A DNA stretch of 64,000 bases from Piromyces finnis finn (lineage: Eukaryota > Fungi > Neocallimastigomycota), in contig MCFH01000018.1 of NCBI GenBank assembly GCA_002104945.1, forward strand, positions 744,001 through 808,000. The letters are read 5' to 3'. The position numbers were made by a program, and so were the translations under genes. The notes under the pieces are model-generated. The model searched no databases and had not been told where the DNA came from. It saw nothing but the letters and a program-made list of their open reading frames with translations. Each line of letters begins with the position of its first letter. Position 1 is the first letter of the stretch. This document shows positions 53,114 to 64,000 of this stretch, one piece after another.

Positions 53114-56100
53114 GTTATTTATTCGTTATAAAAGTTATATTTAATAATGCCTTTTTTTTTTTTTTTTTTTTCTTATATATTTAATATCATTAATTAATAA
53201 AAGTAAATAAAAAGAAATTTATCAAATCAAATTGAATATATAAAATATTAAATAATGATTACAATTTTCGTTTTACCATTTTATCAATTCAATTATATTT
53301 AAACTCTAATACTTTCAAAAGATATAATAAAAAAAAAAAAACTTCTTTTTAATATACAAAGAAGGGGAAAAAAGTTTTTACAACATTGAATTAACATAAT
53401 TGTTTTATTTCTCTTTGACATATACATGTATCTTATTTCATTATCATTGTAACTAATGAATCTTTTTTTTTTTTTTTTTTTTTTACACTTTTAATTCTAA
53501 TTTATATAATAAAGTCAAATCTTAATACTATTAAAATAATTCAACAATTTTAGGTAAAAATTAACAAATACACCGTCAGCGCTGTATAGATTGTATATAT
53601 AACTTAAATTCGTTATTTTTTAGAATTTAATAGTAATTAAAATTCATTATCATCAAGAAAAAAGTAGTAAAGAAGAAATACAAATAAATTATATTAAATA
53701 TAAAAATAAGTTTCATTTAGCATCAATTCATTAATATTTATCCATAATAATAGTAAATTGTTTTCATCAATTAATACGATTTAATTAATGAAATGGCAAA
53801 TAAAAGTTTCTTCACCTTAATTATTTTTTTTTATATATAATCATGTTAATAATGATTAAAGTTTATTTTTTAAGAAAAATAAAATTGTATATAATTAGAT
53901 TATATTTAGTATTATAATAAGTAAACATAAAAGTTTTATGTTATAATAAATAATAATAAATAAAAAATGAATGATTATATTTTCATTATTCAATCATTTA
54001 CTAGTTTAACTCATAATAATCCTTTTTTTTTTCACATCTCCACCACCTTTTTTTAATCGCTTTTCAATAATACCTTTTCATATTTTCATTGCTTTTATCA
54101 AATTAAAAGATTTTTTGTTTATAATTTAATATACAAATTTCATTAATATATTGGAATTTAATTGTTAATATATTAGTGTAATTAATTATAACTTAAATTT
54201 AATAAATGAATCAATTTAAATAGATTCATAAACATAATTTTATTGATAGGATGAAAGCTTTAACTAATATATTTAAATATATTAATAGTATAAATAAAAT
54301 ATAATTGATTTAATTTAAATTAAATATTAACAATTTACTGTTTCATATATTATTAATTATATAGTTTTATTTTAAATTATTGAAAAAAGTGTAACATATT
54401 TTATAATAAGAAACTCACAATAAGAAAGTAGAATAAAATACCTAATATACATACATAAGAAAAAAAAAAGTTTAGAGAAAAAAAAAACATTAGAACTTAT
54501 ATATTATAAATGCTAGTCTCGTTAAAAGTGTTATTTTTATTTTAGTAATAATTATAGTGGTCATATTATTGAAATTTTAAATGATAATAAGAATTAATTA
54601 GTATATAAAGGTATTAAATTAATAATATAGAAAAATAAAATAAAATGTGTTGATATACCATTTTGTGTATTTAATTAGTGTTAATAGTACATTGTGATAA
54701 TATTTAAAAATAAGATTTCGTATATGCATTATTATTTATCGTTATAGATGATAATACTTGATAGATTGCAAATTCCGGTCATTGCCAAAAAAACAAACTA
54801 ATGGTCCTACTGCCGATTCCGAATATATAGTTCCCTTATTAATACTCGAGCTTATTGGAATGATAGCATAACATATATAATTATATAATTAATATTAATA
54901 CCGAAAAAGTAAAGAATATTGATAAATTAATATAGTTTTTGTCATATATAAAAAATATAATAAACTTAAACTATAAAAGATTTTTATATGAGAAACTTAA
55001 ATAATAAATTTATATATTATTAATAAGATATAAATAAGATGTTATAATTTTTTAAACCTAATAGTACATCATTTTATCTTTACATAAAATAGTTATATTA
55101 TTACATCTCCTTATTTTTATTTTAATCTTTACATAAAAAATAAGTTTGAAGATTAAAATTTATACTTTTTATTAGTTAATCATAATTCTCAATAGACTGA
55201 TCCTTTAAAAGTCTCGAAAATAATATAACAATGTTTTAAATATTAGAAAAAAAATTTAAAAAGTAACATTTCTACACATAAAGATTCTACAATTGAAAAT
55301 GAACTCTTTATAAAGTTTATTTTTTAAATATTACTTTTTGATATTTAAGTATATTAATATTTTTTTAGATATTTTAAGTTTTGAAATAAATATTAACCTT
55401 TCTCTTTTATATAAAAATTTAAAAAAATTTTCAGAAACATTAGCAAAAGAAAAAAAAACTATAAATACATTATAAAAATATAAAAACATATAAAATTCTT
55501 ATTAATAATAATAAAAAAATAATTAATTATTGATATAGTGAATAATTAAAATCAATTATAAATAATTACTAATTATTTATATTCTTCATATAGAGATTTA
55601 TATATTTTACATTTTATTATTATTATGTTTATAATATATATATTTTTATGCAACTTCAAAATAAAAAATTTAGCTATTTAACATAACTTTAAAAGTTTAT
55701 AACTGTGATATAAAATTATTTGATCCATATTTTATAAATGAATCTTATTTATTTTTTGAAATTGTTAATTTTATTCATTGTAAACTTTCCAATTATATCA
55801 TTAAATATAAAAATAATATATATAATAATTCATTCTTTTTATTTCTGAACATATTTAAAAAAAATACAAAAAAAAAAAAAAAACATTTAAATATGATTTT
55901 GATTACAAGGATATAACAAAAAAATAATTTTTTATATAACAAAAAACATTTCTTCGCCTATTTTATAAGATGTATATAATTAAATAATAAAACCAACTTT
56001 GTCAAAAAACATGCTAGTATGTGATTGTTTTTATCAAAGGAATCCATTTATAAATACCTATGATGAAACTTTTTGTTATAATAAAGCTTTAAATATATAT

Positions 56101-56273
56101 TATTAGAGTATATAATCTTTGTTTTTATTTATACATAAAATATTTATTATTATTTGTTTTAATTTTTTCTATTGTTATTATTACATAAATCTATGGTAAT
56201 AAAAATTATAGTAAAAGTATTTTTCTGAAAAAAAAAAAAATGTTAAAATTTAAATAAATTGTTTTTCATGTTA

Positions 56274-57518
56274 TTATGTTCTTTGATTAACTTCAATTGG
56301 TTTTATAATATTTTCCTCTTTCTTTGGTTTATTTTCTTCGTTTGGATGTACTTTCAAGTTATCCATTGAAAGAGAGGTTTCTTTTATCATATAAAACATA
56401 TAAATATTATGAGATACATATAAGAAAAAAAAGTGGAATTATTATTTTTTTATATTTAATAACGGTTAATTATTAGCATATAAATAATTTTTTTCTTTTA
56501 AACAAAAAATTATAAATTTCATTTATTACCTCTTAATTTTTTTGTAAATTCACTATGTTTTTTTGCAACTTTTTCCATCTTTATATATTATTTTTTATTT
56601 TAGTTTAAAAAAAAAAAGAAATTAATATGTAATCATTAGATATTAATTTATTAGATAAGATAAATTTGTTACATCAATACGACGCTCGTTAACACATTTT
56701 TTAGCTTGAGATTGAGTAGGCATTGCATAATGTGGTATATTTAACTCCTTTTCCTCTTTTTTTGGTTCCAATACTCTTTTTTTTTTTTATTTTAGAATAG
56801 AGAACGATGATAATAATAATAATAATAATAATAATATATATATATATATAAATTGATATTGATTAATTATTGTTATTGTTATTATATATATATAATAAAT
56901 AATAATATAATTTAAACATGTTTATATTACATATAAAATAGTTAATAAATTAATTATTATATAATTTTTTTTTATGAATATTACTTTTTCTTTGTTAGCA
57001 ATGTATAGATATATCTCAAAAAGTCTACTGCACCATCATCATCATAATTCAATACCGGGAGAATAATAGATTCTGGAATATTAATATTATTTTTTCTAAA
57101 AAATTTTTGTAATTGATCCCAGTTATCTTTACGATTCTTATATGATGGACTTGAATATAGTACATCAATATTAATTTTATTGTTATAATAATTATTGAAT
57201 ATTTCTGCTACTAATCTACCATCAGCTAAATCTCTATATTTTATAATAACATGATTGTAAAATTAATTGATTATTATAAATAGTAAAGTTAAATATACAA
57301 TAACACAAATTATTAAAAGTTATAATACCAATATTTATATATTAATAAATAATGTATATTACATATTTTAAAAATTATAAATTTATTAATGGATTAATAG
57401 AAAAATAAACAAAATGTTAATTATTTAATATCTTCTACCTTTTAGGAAAAGAATATGGAAAAGTTAGATTCATTGATTGTAACCATTGTATTATTACTCT
57501 TGGTACTCCCGAATTCAT
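56274..57518 (-). CDS. SPATA4/SPEF1-like CH-domain flagellar protein, about five exons
   Basis: Exon 1 (57518-57439) MNSGVPRVIIQWLQSMNLTFPYSFPK. Exon 2 (57233-56985) RDLADGRLVAEIF...KDNWDQLQKFF...YIYTLLTK. Later exon IPHYAMPTQSQAK. This resembles the SPATA4 pattern LPREVLKWLQSLDL/RDFSNGFLVAEIF/DNW.QL.KF. Downstream exon borders are approximate. Confidence 0.8.
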
Positions 57519-58679
57519 TTTTATATATATATATATATATATATTAATTATAGCAATAAAATAATAAATTTTCCAATAAAATGTTTATTTAATTTGAAAA
57601 GTAAATAAAAAAGCAGTTTATTATTTATTGAATTATTAAAACATTAAATGAATTACTTTTAACTATTATTACTATAACAAAAACAAAATGTTTAATGTTG
57701 TGGTAACTTCAAAAAATATGATTGAAAAATTCATATTTTATTATCTTTTTTATTTTTAATATCATATTAAATTTAAAATTGTTTATTATTGAAATTTCTT
57801 TAAACTTTAACCTCCATTTTACTAAAACTTTATTAATTATAAATTGTTACATTTATATATTCACTTTTTATATTCATGATATAATCTTTATATTTTGAAT
57901 ATTGATAAAATGTATTATTATGAAAATAACATTTATTCTACAATAAATATATATATATGTTTGCATTTTTGCAATACTAAAGAATAAAAATAAATTTCTA
58001 ATATTTTTACTTCTTATATTGTTATAAAAACACAGAATAAATATACATAATTTATATAATAGAAAATGAAAATTATAATATTTTTAGTTTTAAATAAATA
58101 TATAAAAAGCAATATACAGTATTCTTAACAAAAGATCATTAAGATATTAAAAGATTTATTTAGAGTAATAATTATATTTTATTCTTTACTTTTTTTTTTT
58201 TTATTATACTTTATTATTTTAATTATAATAATATATATATAATTAGTAGTACAATTATGCCTAAATAAATATTATATAGCATTATTTTTTTGGCATATGC
58301 ATATTCATTACCTATTACTACATTTTTTTATTTTTTTTATTATCATAGCTTGTTAGCCAGAAAAATATGCTTAGATTATTATTATTATTTAAAAATTTCA
58401 TTTAATTTAGATTCGCACGATTCGGGCTTATATCATTAAAAATTGAAATTTTAAAAAAAAAAATTAATAAACCATATAAGCATTTTTTTTAACTTCTTTA
58501 TTTTTTTATTTAATTTCTAATTTGTCATAATTGAATTTAAGAAAGGAAAGGAAGAATAATAAAATAGAAGAAAAAATATAAAACTATATTAAAATATTAT
58601 AAAAATATGAAATATTAAATAATTCATAGAAATTCGTCATATATTTTAAATCATTATATATACATAAAAAAATAAAAAA

Positions 58680-61600
58680 ATGGATTCACAAAATGTTGAT
58701 GATTCATACCTTCGTGCTACCCGTTCAGCAAGAATTGAAAGAATGAAAAATATTATCCCAGTAGAAAGAAAAGCACCAAATACAGTATCAAATATTCGAA
58801 TGTCAAATATTATTCATAATAGAAATGATATTACACCATCACACAGTAATAAAATAGGGATTCGTCATTCTAATCATGAGACTTGGAGTACACCAAGTAG
58901 AAAATCAACAAACATAGCCCATGATTTTAATAGTAGAAATTTAGTTTTTGATGAAGAAATAAACAATAGCAATAATAAAACAAGAAATGATATTCTTTAT
59001 AAAAGTGCATTAGATGATGAAGAATATGTAGATAATGAAGATGATATTTTTAATTTCTCCAGAATTAATGTAATTAATATTTTAATAATTATTATATAAA
59101 GTTTTATTTAATCAATTTAGTTATGTTTATATAATTTTTAAATTTTTTATATTTATATACCTTTCTTCTTTCTTTTCTTTTTTATTTTTTAATGATTTTT
59201 ACAATTTTTATATACAAAATTTTACATAATATTTACTAATTATTTATTTAAAATATAAATCATTAAACTTATTTCCATTTTTTATAATCAATATATAATA
59301 ATCAGAGAAAAAATGAAAATACTCCACATTTTCAAAAATTAAATAAAGAAATTAGTAATTATGTAATGCGAAATACATCAATGTCTAATGAATCCAGTTT
59401 ATCAACAAATGGTCCATCACTTTCATATTCCATTTTCACTACTCCATTGGCAAAAGAAACAGCAGAACATTTTGGAATGACAGTATCGGAATCTAACAGA
59501 CAAAGAAGATATTCTTATTCTTCTCTTAATGCCATTAAAGAAAGTTTATATGTTACCCCAAAAAAGTCAACAAAAAAAAGTGATATGCTTAAAGATGGTA
59601 GTAAAAGTGTTAACTATATTAATAAAATGAATTATTCTTTTTCAGCGAATAAAATTACTATGAATAAAAATGACAATGACAATAACAATAAAGAAAAAGA
59701 TTACAGTTCACCTTCTAAAATAAAAGAAACCGAAAAGGAAACAGAGAATAACATAATTGGTATTAATTTTAATTATATATATATATTTTTTTTAAAAAAA
59801 AAAAAAAAACAATATAAATTTCAATAATTAGATTAGTTTTAAATTTATTTATTTTTTCAATAATGTTTTGTTTTTATTTCAACTTATATAATGTAATTTT
59901 TTTTTATTTTTTTTTTATTTTTTTCATTTAATTAATGATATTTTTTGTTTTATTTTCTAAATTATCTCTTATACACATATCAAATAAATTAAATACTCTA
60001 TAACTAATAATAGTAATACCTGATGATAAAATAAATAATGAAGTTGAAAAAGTTAATAGTAAAGTTCAAGCCTCATCAGCAAATGATATTAATATTCAAT
60101 TAACTACTCCAAAAAAATCAAACATATCCTTAATTAATTCAAGCGAAAGTAAAAATAAAACCAAATCAGTTTTAGGTACAGATTTTAAATTAATAACACC
60201 AAATAAACCTACAGTCAATTTTGATACATATATAACGCCAACTAGTTTATCAATTACCCAAGGTAACACTACTACCACCCCATTAACTCAAAATAAACAA
60301 CGACTCTTTCATGATAGTTTACTCACCCGAAAAAGTTTTAGTGCTAATCCTACCAGAATACAAAGAATTATTAATAAATCAATGAAAACACTAAATAGTA
60401 AACATCGTAATTTATTTAATAATCCTTCTCATTCAAAAAAATCAGTATCAAGTAATAATAGTCCTCTTAAAAAGCGTTCTATGAAAATGAATACCACCAG
60501 TACTTCCATGAAAAAATCAACTATAAATACATACAGTTCCTATCTTAGTAATGAAACACCAACTCATTCACCTGTTCTCAATAATAATCAATATAAGGGA
60601 AATGCATCCGTATCAACATCAAAATCACAAAATTCAAAACCAAAATCAATAACCGCTACCACTTCCAATGTTGATTCAACATTTATAAATGATCAATCGA
60701 AAAAGCCATATCACAATACTTCTCTCTCACTTCGTGATATTGATTCAAAATATGAATATTTGAATGATAAAATTACTCCAATAAAACAAAAGTTCTCTGA
60801 TATTTCATCTACTTCACCAATTGTTACTACCACGACTGTCACAAAAAAATTAGGTAATATTACTAAGATTGGTGTTCCACCTAAAGAAATCAGCCCATCA
60901 TCCAATAAAGAAGGTAATATAAATCGCCGTCGTCGTAGTCGTAGTCATAGTCGTAGAAGAAAAAGTAGCGTTAAGAATTTAAAGGATAATAATGGAAATG
61001 GCGTATTGATAGAATTAAAAAGAAAAGTAGATCCAATTACAGGTATTATATCAGAACTCTCTGTAGTAGAAGATCCAGATACTGGTGAAACTACTAGAAT
61101 TATTACTTCTTATGATCCGGTTACTGGAAATAAATCTGAAACTAAAACTATTACAACTACTACCACTACAATGACCACCACAACTCAATCTACAACTACT
61201 AGAAAAACAACAACAATTGATCGAGAAGAAGAAGAAGAAGAAACAGAAGATGATTTTGATAATATTTCAGAAAATGATAATGAAAATAGTATGAATGAAA
61301 GTGGTTATATTGAGTATTCTTCTAGTCTAAATAGTGAAGATGAAGGCGACAACATCTTTACTAAATTACATGATACCCATTCTGACAGTGATTTTGATCA
61401 ACAATCCCTAGTTTCCAATGATCTTGACGCTCCACCGTCATTAAATCCAGAAAATTCATCTCAAAAGCATAACAGGGAACAAACCTTGGAATATACTCCA
61501 CAAAATAAAACATCAGTAAAAGATAATACTAGGAAAATCGGTACTTATTCTGTTCCTACACTACATAGAAATAAGTATAGATTGGAGGATACCATTTCAC

Positions 61601-64000
61601 TAGATAATCCACCATATACCATATATTCTAAAGGTCGTAGTGATCAAGATCATCAATCCTTTAATAATGTACCAACGGTTGGAAGACTTTCCTTATCCAA
61701 TATTGATTTAAATTCACCAAAGTATAATGATAAAGACAACCTTTCTAATTATTATGTATCTAAAAATAAGCTTGATTTATCTATGCTTAAAAAACAATAT
61801 AAATTAGAACAAGAGATAAATGATAATATCTTAAATAATGCTAAACCAAAATCTAAAATAGCTGAATGTGAAGAAGCAATTGGAAATCTTTTATCAAAAT
61901 GGACAAAAGAAGATGAAGAAAAAGAAAAAATAGAAACACACGAAGAAAATGAAGAAGATAGTTTGACCTTTAATACTAATATAAAAGAAATAAAAGAAGA
62001 AATTCAACGTAGAATAGAAAAAAATAAAAAATTAAATGAAGAAATTAATAATAAATCTCTTCAATTTAATTTAAAACAACAACAACAACAAGCAGAACCA
62101 AGTAAGTTTACTATTGATAATATTATAAAAATAAAATAAAATAAAATAGGTTTAATTAATTATACAACGCCAAAAAAAAATGTATATATTAATTTTTTTT
62201 TCATTATTATTATTATTTTATTTGTAAAGATGATAAAAAAATAGTCACTATAAATATTGAGGATGATGAAATGGAAGAAGAAAAAGAAGAAAAAGAAAAT
62301 CATGATGATATGAATAGTAATGTTGAAGTGAATGATTCAGAAATAAAGCCAGCAAGTCATCCATTACCAGACTTTATTTTATCCAGTAATAGAAGTACAC
62401 CATCAAGATTATCTTCTACTGAAATATTATCATCAAAGAAAAGTTCACAATTAATTCAGAGATTACAAGATGACTTTATTAAAAGTCATAAGCATACTCG
62501 TAGTCCAGGTATTGATTTTTCATCTTATCGATCAAGTGCAAAAAAACCAAAATTAGAAGTTGATAGTATAGATCAAGAAGATACAATAAATAATATTACT
62601 TTCCAAGAAGATCAATATGAGGATAATCCATTTATGCCTAATAATACCCATTCATCAACAAAAAAACAACTTTCAATTATTATTGATGATGAAAATGAAC
62701 AACAACCTGAAGAACCGAAATCTATAATTGTATCTGAAGCTGAACCACCAAAACAACAACCTGAAGAACCAGAATCTATAACTATATCTGAAATTGAACC
62801 ACCAAAACAACAATCAACAGATTTCAACATAATAGCAACTAATACTATTAATTCAACATCTTTTAACATTAATACAGATACTAACGAACTTTTGCATACC
62901 CCTAAACAAACTAAAACACCAAAAAAGGATGAACATTTAGAATCAATAAAGAAAAAGTTATCAGAACATTCATTATATGTAAAAGAATTAAAAGAAGGTA
63001 TAAGAAATAAACTCAATAAATCCAAATTATTTGCTACCGACCCAAGTCAAGATCAAACAAAGGATATTAAAAATGATACTGAAACTACTAACAATAGCAA
63101 TGAAGAAGATGATAATTCTATTACCATAGCAGAACCTAAAGAACCTCTTATTTCATCTTCTCTATCAACATCATTATTAGGATTAAAGCATCATATCTCA
63201 GAAGAAGATGGAAACCATGAAGAGAATGTAGAAAAACCTAATCCTAAACGTTTTCATGATTTAGAATCAAGTCAAGAAAATTCTATTGTCATTGCCGCTA
63301 CCAATACTGTTAACGAAAGTGATAATGTCGATAATAATAAAGATGTTAATAATAATCTAGATGTTGAAATTATAGAAGCAATTCTAAAGAATTCTGACCA
63401 AGTTTCTCCATTAAACCATTCAAAAACTGAAAGTAATCCCCTAGAAGAAAACGGTCAAGATCCTGAAAATGAAGATACCCTTTTAGATTTCGAACGAATT
63501 TCTCAATTTCATGCTAATTCTATTTCCAATTCTGATAAAAACACAATAATAGAAAATAAACCAGAAATCATCGTTATTGATTCCTATCAGCCTACTGAAA
63601 ATTTATCTAATTCTAATATCTTGGATGGTGATGAAATTACTGAGGGAACCTCGAATGCTCAAAGAGAAGTCATGAGTTTTGAAGATAGTGCTTCTGTAAA
63701 TGGTGAATTTTCAGATGAAAATTCTGAAAAGGACACCAATTCAAATCAAGAAGAAAAGGTGGAAGAAGATAATGAAATTAATTCTAATAAAGTTATGAGT
63801 GAAGAAAGTCATGAAGATAATGAAGTTTATTTCATTCATTTAGATAAAAGTCCACAAAAGTCATCGTCTGTTAATTACACTTTAAATGAAGCATTAAATG
63901 ATGACAATAATTTAGAAAAGGATGATTCACTTGATCAAAGTCCACTTTCAAAGAAAGAAGCTTTAGCTTCTCAACCTTGTCACGACAAATCATATTCTTC
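58680..64000 (+). CDS. Large low-complexity Ser/Asn/Glu-rich protein of unknown function, 3'-partial; exons approx. 58680-59069, 59306-59759, 60015-62101, 62230 to window end
   Basis: Consecutive plus-strand ORFs joinable by GT-AG introns (e.g. a|GTAAGT 62102 to AAG|at 62230). The last exon stays open to the window end. Contains an RS-like patch and an AKKPKLE NLS-like motif. Confidence 0.7.
62700..62812 (+). repeat. 54-bp coding duplication (QQPEEPxSIxxSExEPPK) x2
   Basis: caacaacctgaagaacc starts at 62700 and at 62754. Confidence 0.85.

Noticed and set aside
57697-57707. RFX X-box-like GTTGTGGTAAC upstream of the SPATA4-like gene
   Set aside because: Only one good half-site. RFX control of flagellar genes is not established in fungi.

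Overview
Extremely AT-rich, intron-containing eukaryotic DNA, most likely from an anaerobic gut fungus (Neocallimastigomycota). This is inferred from composition, short GT-AG introns, receptors fusing a solute-binding domain to a 7TM domain, and a flagellar SPATA4-like gene. From left to right: (1) a tandem array of at least four class-C-like GPCR genes with a bacterial-type sugar-binding N-terminal domain (one cut by the window edge, two intact, one pseudogene); (2) a Stealth-family phosphotransferase with two Stealth domains and an internal frameshift; (3) a multi-exon SZT2 (KICSTOR) gene; (4) an alpha/beta hydrolase; (5) an orphan multi-TM protein; (6) a YCR051W-like ankyrin protein; (7) a 1076-aa low-complexity orphan ORF; (8) a Chs4/Skt5-like Sel1-repeat protein ending in CaaX; (9) a SPATA4-like CH-domain gene absent from the ORF track; (10) a large disordered protein running off the right edge. 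The most notable item is a 530-bp GC-richer insertion (5701-6230) in the GPCR pseudogene. It has a tRNA-Ala(AGC)-derived head with Pol III A/B boxes, a 3' stem-loop, an A8 tail and a perfect 14-bp target-site duplication, so it looks like a SINE. It also carries strong internal splice signals. All homology calls come from motif recognition by eye; no searches were run.
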